Part shown: positions 14,629 through 26,158 of the stretch, one piece after another | Position numbering within the stretch: position 1 is the first letter of the stretch | How the letters are laid out: each line of letters opens with the position of its first letter | NCBI GenBank assembly: GCA_965603825.1 | Contig: CBFDEM010000028.1 | Location: 124,001-188,000 of the forward strand | Length of the DNA stretch: 64,000 bases | Source: Blepharisma stoltei ATCC 30299 | Taxonomy: Eukaryota > Protista > Ciliophora | Reading direction: 5' to 3' | The notes under the pieces: generated by a model | What the model was told of the DNA's origin: nothing | The model's input: the letters and a program-made list of their open reading frames with translations, nothing else | Database searches by the model: none | Position numbers and translations under genes: made by a program

Positions 14629-15231
14629 TTAATAAATAAGGATTAATTTTCATCTACTCATTTTTAAACTAATATTAGAACCGTAATCCAGTTCTATCTG
14701 GTTATTGTTATTATTTCGCTCTAACAGCCTTCACTTCATTTTTTTCTTAGAAATTCTTTCTTTCGCTTTTCGCAATTTCAGGAATTCCGATCTTTTTGGG
14801 AAAAGCCTAATATTTTGTTGGCAGTCTTCTTTAAAAAAGAAATTTGCGTTTTTAGGGCTAAGCTTTTCTTTATAGTTTGGAAGTTCTATATTTATTCTTT
14901 TATTTGCAAGTGATGTTGAAGGCCTCATAAACCCAAAGTTGTAAGCTCGGCTTTTTGGCATTCACAAATATTTCTTAGGAGTTCCTATATCAGCGCTAGA
15001 TATTTCTCTCAAATTTGAGTCTTGTGAAAATGCATTTCTGCTTTTATTTACATTAAACTCATTATCAAATCTGTTATATTTGCTTTGAATTTTGTTCAAT
15101 AGCTCATATTCGCTATTTTCTTCAGCTCTCATAATTCAAATAGACTTATTTTCAATATGCTTTGCTTTTTGGGAAATAGGCTGGAGTATTTTTATAGTTT
15201 CTTTATATGAGCTGTTGTTTTGGTCTTCCAT
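14629..15231 (-). CDS. Hypothetical basic protein (~200 aa)
   Basis: ATG at 15231 (MEDQNNSS) reads through four TGA codons and includes ORF 14731-14961; first TAA at 14629. Confidence 0.55.
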
Positions 15232-15271
15232 TATTACATAGAAGTTATTAAATTGTTAACCATAATCTTTA

Positions 15272-16192
15272 ATGGAAGTCAAAGTGATAAGCCGATCAGG
15301 GAAAGATCTCGGATCTTTCTCTATTACTGACAAAATCAAAGTTAAAGATTTCAAGAAAATGTTCAACCAGAAACGTAAGCCATAATCAGACAAACAATTC
15401 TACCCAGCCCGTCAAAAGTTCACAGTCAAAACTCCAACAGGGCCAGCTGTCAATGATGACGATAAGCTGCTGGTGGAGTTCCTTCAGACTGACCAATTAC
15501 TCGTTTTCAGAGATCTCGGGACACAGTTAAGCTGGACTTTTGTGTATGTTGTCGAATATGCTGGACCATTGCTGATTTGTCCTGCCCTCTACTATTTCCC
15601 CAAGCTCTTCTACGGGACTGCAGCTCCTAAGTCTCTAACCCAGAAAACAGGTTTTTTGCTTTTGATGGGGCATTTCTTGAAAAGAGAACTGGAATCCTTA
15701 TTTATCCACCGTTTTTCAAGTGCGACGATGCCATTGAAAAACTTATTCATTAATTGTGCTTACTATTGGCTGCTTAATGGAGCTTTTATTGGCTATTTCT
15801 TATTCCACCCGAAATATACTGAGCCGAAATTTTCTAAGGCAACTTTTGCTGCTTTATTAGCAATTTTTCTAGGATCTGAAGGGCTGAACTTTTTGTGCCA
15901 TAAAACATTGAGGGATTTAAGACCTGCAGGAACGAAGACTAGAGGGATACCTAAGGGATACGGGTTTAATTTGGTAAGCTGTGCTAATTACTTCTGGGAG
16001 GTTATTTCGTGGGCAAGCTTTGCGGGGCTCTCAAAGTGTGTGCCAGCGTATGTTTTCTTAGCAGCGACTGTTTTTATTCTTTCTAATTGGGCTTCAATGA
16101 GACACAAAAAATATGTGAAGGAATTTGATGGAAAAGAAGGAAGGCCTCTATATCCAAAGTCAAGGAAGGCTTTATTCCCATTCGTATTTTAA
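15272..16192 (+). CDS. TECR: Very-long-chain enoyl-CoA reductase (TECR/Tsc13), one 15-nt intron
   Basis: Ubiquitin-like N-terminus; the spliced junction gives HKQFYPARQKF; FRDLGTQLSW, EYAGP, HFLKRELE, HRFS, VSCANYFWE. Confidence 0.92.
15375..15389 (+). other. 15-nt spliceosomal intron GTAAGCCATAATCAG
   Basis: Removes an in-frame TAA from TECR; A at -6. Confidence 0.92.
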
Positions 16193-17112
16193 TTAAACTT
16201 GGACTCTAGGCTTCTTATCATAAGACTTTTTTTAAATGAGTTTAAAATAGAATTAATGTGTCTAGCTTATTAAATTTTGCAATTTTTCATATAAGATAAC
16301 TATTTATAGTTGGTAATGTAAAACTCATATGAATATAAGTACTATAACAGCTTATTTGTCCGGAAATTTTGGTATTTACTATAGTTGGAAATTGAAGTGG
16401 CTAAAACATTCCTTGAGCATAAGGCATGTCTCGACCAGCATGAGCCATAAGAACGAGAATTAATTTTTCTGTTGAATTGAAAAAAATACTTTGGCATCCT
16501 TAAAATAATAACCCCCTTATTCAGATTTGAAATCGACAACAAATCGCATCGAGAAATTTTGATTAAATTGAAAAGAATGAGGAAAGAATAATTATTAAAA
16601 TACTTGGAGATATCATAAGCCAATGCAATTGCTGTAACAATAAATTTTAAAATTTTTAGAGGTTAAAAATATTATCATATTTTTTTATTATTGAATATCA
16701 AAGATATGATTGTAATGTACATTTTAACTTTTGCTTGTCTAAATTTTTGAGAATAGAAAGATATTGAAATTCTATTTAGTTTTTGGCACAATTTTTTGTT
16801 CTCTACTATTGTTTTGCCCATCTGCAAGTGCTCAAAACTCCCTAATGCAACGCTTTAACGTCGCTAATTTGCATGCTGCTTCTAGAATTAATGCAAGTGT
16901 ATATTATGATTAGCTTTCAAGTCAAATATTTTGAGTTTCTTGACTCATTTTCATCTCAAAAATAAAAGTCAAGACTTTTGTTAATTTTTTAATATATAAT
17001 TGTTTTGTTTAAAAAACTAAAGAATTACGCTTAAAAAACTAGCTTTTATGCTATTTAAATTGAGCTGATATAAACAATAAAATCAAATACTGTTATTGCA
17101 GTGCTATTAATT

Positions 17113-17475
17113 ATGCAAAAATTATTGAAACTAATCCAGCTATGCTGTGCAAGCCACGAAAAAGAAGATGAAGACTCATCTCAGCCAAGACATTTAAACC
17201 AAGCATCATTAGATCTTACTAGTAATCCTGCTGAAAAAAGTGATTTACCAGTTATTGAAAAACAGGAATCTGATGACCCAACTTTAACACCTATAACCCC
17301 TGAGTCATCAAACGTTAAGAAAAAAAAGCGTAAAAAAGCATCAAAACAAAAAAAGGCAGGCCACGAAAATAGCGGTGGCGCCACACCAATTGCAAAAGCA
17401 TCAGAAGAATCCAAAGTAACAATGCCAGTTGAAAAGAAACCTTTAAAAGGAATTTTGAAAAAACCAAAAATATAG
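17113..17475 (+). CDS. Hypothetical Lys-rich protein with N-terminal CC motif
   Basis: ATG at 17113 (MQKLLKLIQLCCAS) to TAG; biased composition. Confidence 0.65.
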   Translation: MQKLLKLIQLCCASHEKEDEDSSQPRHLNQASLDLTSNPAEKSDLPVIEKQESDDPTLTPITPESSNVKKKKRKKASKQKKAGHENSGGATPIAKASEESKVTMPVEKKPLKGILKKPKI

Positions 17476-17630
17476 GAAATAACTTAATATAATATTGGAA
17501 CCTATAAAACCCCTAATTTCCTACTGATAGCTAAAATGTTCCTATTCAGGGATTTACTGACACTTCTTAAGAGTTTATCTTATAAGATAAAGCAAGGATT
17601 TTATGTAATTTTTAGAGCCTTAATACTAGT

Positions 17631-19238
17631 TTAATCGTCTTCCTCAGGTGGTCTTGCTCCTGGTTTTGGTCCTCCAGCAGGTTTAGCCATAATGATTTGG
17701 TCAACTCTTAATACAGTCAATGCAGCGTCACTGGCAAGTTTGATTGCCCATCTCTTGGTTTCCATGTGGTCAACAATAAAGTCACTTACATCTTTGACGC
17801 TTCCTTCTTCAATATCAATGCCAGCATGAGGGTTATTTTCAGCGTAAATTTTAGCGAGGAATTCATTGGAGTCAAGTCCTGCAGTCTCTGCTAAAGTCTT
17901 AGGGATAATTTCGAAAGCTTGAGCGTATCTCATAATGGCATATTGGTCGAGGCCAGGCTGGGTTGCTGCGAAGTCTTTGATTCTTTTGGCGATTTCAGCT
18001 TCACAAGCGCCTCCTCCAACTACGAATCTTGGATCTTTTCTAAGCATTCTAAAGGTATTAAAAGCATCATCCAAAGCTCTTTCAGCGTCATCCATTACAT
18101 TTTTCGTGCTCGCTCTAACTACAACAGTCGCAATTTGTGTTCTTTCATTTTCTCTCTTAAAAACAGTAACTTTATTACTGCTGATTTCTTCTAGAGAAAC
18201 AGAGTCAGCATATCCTAATTCTTCAGGGGTTGGGGCTCCAAGTCTAACCACCATTGTAGCTCCTAGCATCTTGCAGAACCTTCTGACTTCAAATTTCGAA
18301 GGGACTTTTACGACCATGATGTTGTTTAATTCTAAGAAATGCATGACGATTTCTGCAATGGAGCCTCCTGCCACCACAACTTTGACGCCTGCGTCTACGA
18401 TTTCTTGGACTAGCTTTTTGGCCATATCTTCTTCACTTTGGGTATAATTTTTGAGTTCTTCAGCATTGGTTAGCAATACAGTGCCTTTTGTGTCTGAACT
18501 TTGTGGGTCTAAAGGACAGTTATAGACAGCGATTTTTGCGTCTTTTACATGTTTAACTGACCCTTCTGGCGCTCTACTAAGGATCAATCCTCGAACGACT
18601 TCAGTTTGTCCTAGGTTTCCTCCTTGTAATTTCAATATCCTTACATTGTCCATCTCAAACTTAATATCACCTTCAGTCACAATCAGCCCTGCTTCTGCTG
18701 CACAAGCTGCTAGGTGGTTTTCATAGCCATATATTTTGCTTGCAATAACAGGTCTAAGGCACTTCTCAATCTGTTCTTTGTTTCTGAAATCAGTGACTGT
18801 GTAAGCTACAAGCTGAGGTATAATTTCATCAGCCTTAGCCGAAGCTCTTTCGTAGCCATTCACAATTTCACTTGGGTGAAGTCCAGTCTGTATGAGTTCT
18901 TCAGCCAGCTTTAGGAGCTCTCCAGCTAAAATGACGACAAAGTTGGTCCCATCGCCAGACTCTGTTTCTTGGAACTTTGAGGCTAAGGCGATCAATCTGG
19001 CTGCTGGATGATGCACGTCGAGCTCTTTCATGATGGTTGCTGCATCCGTTGTTACAAAAAGCTTCTCAAGATTGTTCACGACCATTTTATTCATCCCTAA
19101 TGGGCCAAGAGATGTTCGAGTGATCGCGGTCAGTTGTTTGCATGCGTCGATGTTTTTGAGGATCGCTTCTTCCAGACCAGAATAGTGTCGTGCACCTTCC
19201 TTAAGCAAGTTTTGAAGGCCGCCTCCAAGTTGGTTCAT
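17631..19238 (-). CDS. CCT8: Chaperonin CCT/TRiC subunit theta
   Basis: TSLGPLGMNK, GDGTNFV, and C-terminal VDQIIMAKPAGGP typical of theta. Confidence 0.95.
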   Translation of the reverse strand: MNQLGGGLQNLLKEGARHYSGLEEAILKNIDACKQLTAITRTSLGPLGMNKMVVNNLEKLFVTTDAATIMKELDVHHPAARLIALASKFQETESGDGTNFVVILAGELLKLAEELIQTGLHPSEIVNGYERASAKADEIIPQLVAYTVTDFRNKEQIEKCLRPVIASKIYGYENHLAACAAEAGLIVTEGDIKFEMDNVRILKLQGGNLGQTEVVRGLILSRAPEGSVKHVKDAKIAVYNCPLDPQSSDTKGTVLLTNAEELKNYTQSEEDMAKKLVQEIVDAGVKVVVAGGSIAEIVMHFLELNNIMVVKVPSKFEVRRFCKMLGATMVVRLGAPTPEELGYADSVSLEEISSNKVTVFKRENERTQIATVVVRASTKNVMDDAERALDDAFNTFRMLRKDPRFVVGGGACEAEIAKRIKDFAATQPGLDQYAIMRYAQAFEIIPKTLAETAGLDSNEFLAKIYAENNPHAGIDIEEGSVKDVSDFIVDHMETKRWAIKLASDAALTVLRVDQIIMAKPAGGPKPGARPPEEDD

Positions 19239-19473
19239 ATTTATTATTAGTGGTATTGAATAGAAATGAAGGGTGATTTTTGGGTAAAAGAGAGGAGGAT
19301 GAAAATTGGGCTAATAAATTGTGGAGAAAGAGGCAAGGAAAATGAGTTTTTTGGATAAGAAATTGACTGTTGGGAATTATTGAGCAATTTTTTGGGAGAA
19401 ATTGATTTTATTGTGGTTTTTGACGGTGTTTTGGTAAAATTAAAAATTTAGCATTATTAAATAAAAGTATAAG

Positions 19474-20499
19474 ATGGCTCTAAATCAAAGCTATTTTTCC
19501 CGTCCAGGCCGATCAAGCAGCAAAACACTAAAAATCCTCAAAGGCGGATATCTGTCTTTAATGGCAAGCCACGAAATGCTGAAAGGAAAAGGTATAACCA
19601 TATCTGAACTCAACAAAATCTCTGAAAAATCGACCACGAAAGACCCCAAAAAAGTTGCAGTTATAGACGAAATATATAATGTAACTACTTAACTAGCCAA
19701 GATAAAGAAAAAAAAGCATCATAAAAAGCGGTGAATGAACCTATCATCTTCTTTCAAAGTCCAGTCCAGAGATGACTATGGAAAATCTCATAACCTTAAA
19801 GAAAGCACCTTATCTCCAGGTCACTATAACCTAAATTTCAGCCAAATAGAAAAAAATATTCCTCGTCATAAGATTGGAAAATCTTTAAGCCATGTTTTTC
19901 AGTTTCCACGAGATTTAAATAAGTCTGATTTACTTTTACGAAGCGAGTCTCATGAAAAAAGAAAAAGAATTCCTGGAATATCATTTGAGAAACAAAGCAA
20001 TAGAGTTCTTCATATAAAAGATACGACGGTTCCGAATGAAAATAGGTTTACTGTGCTGAATCTGCTCCCAAGAGTGTCAAGTAAATACAAGTACTGTTTA
20101 TTTAGGAATAATTCAGTGCCTGATTTATCAAAATATTTACCAAGGAGCTCAGATTTATTTAAAGTGCCTGAATATAGCCCATGCTATTCTCCTAATAAAG
20201 AATTCGTGCTGCCAAAGCTAGTGCCTACTTTTAAGTTTAAGCCGATTACTCGAAAAAGAAAATTAAGATCATCTAATGTAAGCCCTATATCATTTTCGCA
20301 TGGCGCTGAAAATTTGGATGAAGTACTGTAAGCTATATTTAGAAAAACCTATAGTGATTCTCCTACTTGTAAAACGAGAGCTCAGCATACTTATTCATTG
20401 AATAGTTCTTGATTACCTTGCAATAAGGGTTTTCTTGAAAACAAATCTTTTAAATCAACTAATGATTCAGTAGAGTTAAGCGGTAACTTTTATTTATAA
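19474..20499 (+). CDS. Hypothetical basic protein with 2-3 tiny introns; first intron ambiguous
   Basis: ORFs 19474-19692 and 19735-20331 share a frame. Intron 20328-20342 removes a TAA and extends the frame about 50 codons to TAA at 20497-20499. Confidence 0.55.
20091..20105 (+). other. Candidate stop-less 15-nt intron GTACTGTTTATTTAG
   Basis: Matches the length and -6 A consensus; frame-neutral, so unprovable without RNA data. Confidence 0.55.
20328..20342 (+). other. 15-nt intron GTAAGCTATATTTAG
   Basis: Contains an in-frame TAA; A at -6; downstream frame is open. Confidence 0.8.
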
Positions 20500-20554
20500 A
20501 GATAGTTTGCTTTCATAATATTATCAAAAACCATTTTAATATGATGAAATCTTA

Positions 20555-21907
20555 ATGGAAACCAGTCGTTATCCTCATACAGAACGGAGCGGCCATTCTC
20601 TGCACCCAAAAGCTTGCAGTGCATCATCCCAAACAAGTCCTACTCCTTTCGAACAAACTGATGAGCGATTCCCACCTCACAATGTAAATATCAAGATTCC
20701 CACAAATCTGAAATCCCATCGTCTCATTTCCAATGAAATCCAGCAGACTCCTACACCAATCAGGAAAGCTAAACAAATTATCATGTCAAGCAGAACCAAA
20801 AAATCTGAAAAATCTGAAACAAAAGACATTTTCTGGGAACAAATTAACCAAATTCTTAGTGAGCACGAATTTCCTCAAATGAAATTAATCCAGGACAAAA
20901 CCCGCCTAGTTCCTGACTATTCAAGCCTCGCAGAAACTGTTATTTGCTTAGTTCATCATATTAGCTTAAATTTCCTTTCTAAAAGTCGTGACGAAAAAAT
21001 TCAGCAAGGGAAAATTGACGAGTTAAAAAATGAACTAAAAAATACGAAAAATGATTTAAATGAGCTAAATGAGAATTATCATGAAATTATTGGAAAATTA
21101 AAAGGAAAAAATGATATAATTAAAGAATTAAACGGAAAATTAGCAAGATTTAATGAATTTGAGAATATTCTTGAGGTTATGAAATCGGGATTGAAAGATA
21201 GGCCCAAAGAAATATTTAAACAAGTAATGCAGAAAGAATATGACCCAGAAGTGGAAAATGATTTGAAAATTATGTCGATTATTTTACTGTATGAGCATTC
21301 GAAAATCGATGTAGAAGAATCTGATTTTAGGCTTAGCACTGATGAAGATCAGAAATATGAGAGAAATTCTTTGGAGTCAGCCCATCTTGAAGCAATTTTG
21401 GACAAACTTGAAGTAAAAACACCACATCAAGCTTTAGAAGCAATTGATAAAATGCAGCAAGTAGTTTTGATAATCCCTAACATAGAAGGGTTTATCAGCT
21501 CGATCTACAAAGTCTTATTTTCTACTGAGCCTGATGTCTCTATCAATATGGATCAAATCCTTCCCACAATAATCAGTATGAAAATCAGGCTTATTTCTCT
21601 CGAAAAATTCCGAAAATCCATATGTGAAAATTTTGAACTTGAACTTACCACCCCTGACGATATGATTGTAACCTTTAATCAGATCGAAAAATCCGAGTCC
21701 TTAAAACATTTCAATAGGCTTTTCAAGTCAGCAGAAAATGAGGACAAAACAATAGAAGAAGTTTTCATATTTGTTTATGAGATGAAAAGGTTTTTGCAAG
21801 TAATTCCTATTCAGATTGCCCGAGAAAGCTTGAATTTAAGCGACCAAGTCGCTGTGAGCTATGTATTAGAAAAAATAATTAGGGTTTTGAACTCAAGAAA
21901 TATTTAA
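20555..21907 (+). CDS. Coiled-coil centrosomal protein, CEP70-like
   Basis: WEQINQIL..H.F N-terminal motif, IMSIILLYE, and C-terminal HF.RLF..EEVF..EMK.F resemble CEP70. Confidence 0.6.
   Translation: METSRYPHTERSGHSLHPKACSASSQTSPTPFEQTDERFPPHNVNIKIPTNLKSHRLISNEIQQTPTPIRKAKQIIMSSRTKKSEKSETKDIFWEQINQILSEHEFPQMKLIQDKTRLVPDYSSLAETVICLVHHISLNFLSKSRDEKIQQGKIDELKNELKNTKNDLNELNENYHEIIGKLKGKNDIIKELNGKLARFNEFENILEVMKSGLKDRPKEIFKQVMQKEYDPEVENDLKIMSIILLYEHSKIDVEESDFRLSTDEDQKYERNSLESAHLEAILDKLEVKTPHQALEAIDKMQQVVLIIPNIEGFISSIYKVLFSTEPDVSINMDQILPTIISMKIRLISLEKFRKSICENFELELTTPDDMIVTFNQIEKSESLKHFNRLFKSAENEDKTIEEVFIFVYEMKRFLQVIPIQIARESLNLSDQVAVSYVLEKIIRVLNSRNI
21800..21814 (+). other. Candidate stop-less 15-nt intron GTAATTCCTATTCAG
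   Basis: Consensus match, phase 0; would otherwise encode VIPIQ. Confidence 0.6.
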
Positions 21908-23170
21908 TTATAATTGATTTTTAATATCTTTGATTATTTCTCCAACTATTTTGACAGAAATTGATGGGAAAAGCTTGGTTATTTCTGTTTCTAAGACGAG
22001 AATAAACTTAGCTGCTTTGGTGAGATGCTCTTTAAGCTGATGATGTGTCTGTTTAGCAGTAATTCGTAAATTTTCAGCATTTTTTCTTATATTATTGAGC
22101 TGGTCTTGAAGCTTGTTATTATTAAACATTTCAAGTTTTTGGGCATTTCTTTCGACTGCTTTAGGCTGCTCATGCATTAATACAAGATCTTGGGCTGATC
22201 TAAATTCTTTCATTATTTCTTTGACAGTGTCTTGATATCTTCCTGTTATTTCTGCAAAAGATTCTAGCTCGATCAGCTCAGTAAGCAAAGACATTCTGAT
22301 ATTTCTTTGTGATAGAGGAAAGTCTTTGATTTCTTTGGTAATTTCTTCTCCTATTTCAATAGTTTCTATTTTTCATTCTATTTCTGCTGGGGCTTCAATC
22401 ACTATTTCTTCAGCTATATTGTCTTCTATAGCTACTACAGGTGAATAGCTATCTCTTAGTTCTTCCATGTTTACATCAGGTTCATAACTTCTAAGACTAT
22501 CAATAGTTGGCAATGATATTTCTGAATTGTGATTTCTCATTGAAATTTCTCTATAGCTTTCTAATAGCGATGAAAATAATGGACCTTTTAACTTATTGAT
22601 GATATCCAAGTATATATCTGGCAAATTTCTAGTCAATGCTTTAAGCTCTTCCGGTATTTTTTTACCTGTAATTCCCATTTTTTTGCATAACTCTTGGAAT
22701 TGTTTATGATTCTTTTCCATATGGTCTTTAATATTTTCTTCTTTGTGAATATAATCCTGAGCTTGCTTTTCAAATGTGTGCAACTGAGTTTTCAATGCAG
22801 GGGATTCATAGCTTCCTATTTGTATGAGATTTTTTCCACAGTCTGCCAAATGCAAATTTTGCTTTTGATAAAGTTTGATGAGTCTATCCCATTCATATAT
22901 ATACGGTGATGAATAATTCCCTAACAGTGTTTTTCCTTTATCTGCTTCAGAAGTATTCAATAATTTTTGAAAAATTTCGACAGCTTGAAGATACCCATGC
23001 TTAGAGTTGTCAATTGTATTTTCTAGCTCAGGATTTTCTGATAAGCTTTTTATTAGGTCATTTTGCTTTGCGTGGATTGCTCTTAATTTGGAAGACCAAT
23101 CTTTATCAAGTTTTTTCCTATTAGATAGCCATTCTATAACCTGATCAAACTTGATATCAATCAGCTCCAT
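21908..23170 (-). CDS. CDK5RAP3: CDK5RAP3/C53 UFMylation adaptor homolog
   Basis: IDIKFDQVIEWL..RK...W, TLLGNYSSP..EW..I..LY.KQNLHLAD and RMSLLTELIELESF; two ORFs joined by TGA at 22373. Confidence 0.85.
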
Positions 23171-23191
23171 TATTATTTCTAATTATAATTT

Positions 23192-23578
23192 ATGGACTCA
23201 TTTTTTCAAAGCGTAATTACCAAGCTTAAAGCTGAAGAAAAAGCTTTTATGTCAGCTATAGATGCAGACTTCAAAAAACTCCATGCCGATATGTATGAAT
23301 GCTCATCAAAATGCTTTAGTAATCCAGGCTCATTATCAGACTCTAGAAGCTGTGCAAGCAATTGTACATCCAAAGGATTTCAATTTAGGTCTGAAATAAA
23401 TGATGAAGTGCAAAAATCTAAAAAAGAATATGCCAGTTGTGTGCAGCAGTGCAAGGAAAGTTATCCAGATATGAAGAGCGGAATGAAATCATGCGTTTAT
23501 GACTGTATTGAAGATGGAGTTGAAGTTATTAAAAAAATGACTGTTAGGGTTCAAGATATGTTCAAATATTACAAATAA
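23192..23578 (+). CDS. FAM136A/DUF842-like multi-CX3C protein
   Basis: Four CX3C motifs (CSSKC, CASNC, CVQQC, CVYDC) with FAM136A-like spacing in 128 aa. Confidence 0.7.
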   Translation: MDSFFQSVITKLKAEEKAFMSAIDADFKKLHADMYECSSKCFSNPGSLSDSRSCASNCTSKGFQFRSEINDEVQKSKKEYASCVQQCKESYPDMKSGMKSCVYDCIEDGVEVIKKMTVRVQDMFKYYK

Positions 23579-24159
23579 TTGCTTTGGAATAGGATTAGAT
23601 AATAAAATTATTTAACACTAAATTCTTTATGTAAGCGAGCAAGGAATATTGTGCGAGCTAAAACTTTTATGATGAGGTTATATGAAATTTCTTTAAAAAA
23701 TTTCTAGGTTAATTCAAGTCACTTGTTAAAATTTGTACTAACCAGATTTCTAGCATCTGATAAAATTAGATTAAAATAATAATTAATATATAGCAAAAAT
23801 TTCTGCCCATATAGAAGATTAATTTTCTAAAAATTGTGATTTTTTTACGATACATTATGCTGCTGCCTTACAACAGGGAATTTAGATAGATATAAAGAAT
23901 TTTAGTAATATTTTAAAAAAGCCACTCTTACAGAGTTAATCTAATTAATATCTTTAGCTCCAAATAGACTTTTAAATCTTTTGAAATTATTTTATTTTTA
24001 ATATTTGATTGAATTTTCATGTTAAGATTATATTTTTTGGATTTTAATTATATAGATTACATATATAATTTATTTAAACTGATTTTTTAAGATAAAATGG
24101 TGTAATTGATTGCATTCCTAACACTTAAAATTTTCCATTGATAAATAAAAATTTTGCAA

Positions 24160-26124
24160 ATGGAAAAACTTAAATATGTAAATGCAAAGCCTCGTCCTTA
24201 TGCCTCAAGATCTTCAGTTCCAAACCCTAATATTAAAATCCAAAACACAAATTTTACACCTAGATCTTTAACTTTGTCGAGTCCATACATGCGATCTCCA
24301 TCAAGTATGGAAACAGACGAAAGACTTTATATGCAATCCCCTAGCATAGAAGAGTTCTATAAAAGTGCTGAATCCGACCGTAATAAGCTTGAAAAAATAT
24401 ATCATCAGCGGAAATATAAAACTAAATCTCACGTTTCTTCAAAACTCCAAAACGAAATCAATCGTCTAAGTAAAAATTTTGCTTTCCAAAAAGATGATGA
24501 CCTGCATGTGGCAAAATCTCTTGAGTATATTAAACAAGCAATTGATAAAATTTTAATTGAAAAAGAACCAAAACCTAACGAAGACTATTGGACTAATAAT
24601 AGAAATTTTGAGAATTCAAAAGGGAAATTTGACGGAATTGATGAGCTTAGAGCAAATTTAAGAATTCAAATTATTCAAGCTAAGCAAGAAAGCGAAAAGG
24701 CAGTCAAAATGCAGCAGCAGTTGAAAAGATATGAAAATATTTTGAACCAAAAAGAAAGCGGATTAAGAGACCAAGAAAAACTTTTATATATTGATAAAGA
24801 AGAAATAATCAAAGAGAAAGAAGCCATTAAAACTAAGACAAATCATTTAGAATTGGCAAAGGAAGAAATCAAAAAGAAAGCAAACCAATTGGAAATCGAT
24901 AAAGAATTATTAGAAAAAGAATATGAACAATTAGAGAAAAATCGTCAAAACATTAAAGAATTCAACAAATTTGAAGAAAAACATTATAAAGAGAATGAAG
25001 ATTTTGAAGAAATGGAAAGAGAATTTTTATTAAAATGTGAAGAAAAGTCTGAGTTAATTGCGAAAGCTGAAGAAGATTTAAGTAAAAGAGAAATGGCTTT
25101 AGAAAAGCAGCATCAAGAATTATATTTGTTATCTAAATCGCTACAAGATTTAAAAGATCAAATAGAACAGCAACAAGATTTTGCTTCAAAAAATTTAGAA
25201 GAGCAGCACAATCGTCTGCAAGAAGAAACAAAATCATTAAATATAAAGCGGTCAGAAACTGAAGCAGCCTACAAGAAATTAACTGAGGAGCTTAAAACAG
25301 TTGAAAAGCTTAAAAATACTCTTTTGGAACAAAAAGAAATATCTGATAAAGAAATTGAAAAAATAAAAGAAAAATATGGCCAAAAAATATGTGAAGCCTT
25401 AAATATGAGCAATCATGCACAAGAAACTGTCAAAATCATCTCAGAAAAGGAAGAATATATTGACAAAATTATATTAGAAATCGAAAAAGAAAAATCTGAA
25501 TTAAACCAAAGATGAAAATATGTTGAAAACTTAGAAATGCTCAAAGAAGACTTAGAAAGAGAAAGGATGGTTTTTGAGGATAAAAATGCGTTAAAACGAG
25601 AAACTGGAAATGAATTTAATGAAAAAGACACTGAAACTTTAAAAACAAACTTGCAATTTATCAATAAAAGAAGCCAAGAATTAGAAGAAATTTCAAATAT
25701 GCTAGAAGAAAAAATGCAATTTATTATGCAAAAAGAAAATGAACTAAAAGCTGTGCAGGAAATAATTGATAATGATAGAGAAGAAATAGACTCAACCTCA
25801 AAATTATTAAAAAATATTTTTACAGAGCTTAATGAACAAAGAGAAATGCAAGAATATGAAAATGAGAAAATAGCAAAAGAAAAAGAGCACACAAGCAAAG
25901 ATAGAGAAAAAATTGCTGGGATAATCACAAAACTTGACCAAGAAATTAAAAGAATTGATAATAAAGAAGATGAGCTTCAAAAGCTAAGGCAAGTATTGGA
26001 TGAGAGAGAAAATTTGCTTCATATGAAGGAAAGAAATATTTTGATGATGGAAAATCAGAAAATAGAGTTCAATAATCGAAATATTTTGAATGACCAAGAA
26101 AATCCGGAAGATAAAGATCGATAA
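24160..26124 (+). CDS. Long coiled-coil protein (~654 aa)
   Basis: Two E/K/Q-rich ORFs in one frame, joined by TGA at 25513. Confidence 0.8.
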
Positions 26125-26158
26125 GTTAATTATAATATTAATTCTAAGTAGAATTCAC

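Noticed and set aside
14664-14685. Possible intron GTTCTAATATTAG in the 14629-15231 gene
   Set aside because: Only 13 nt and lacks the GTA start shared by the supported introns.
16400-16500. Weak resemblance to the U4 snRNA 5' end (TCCTTGAGCA..GGCA..ATGAG..CGAG), and ORF 16342-16623
   Set aside because: No K-turn stem or correctly placed Sm site; the ORF has non-coding composition.
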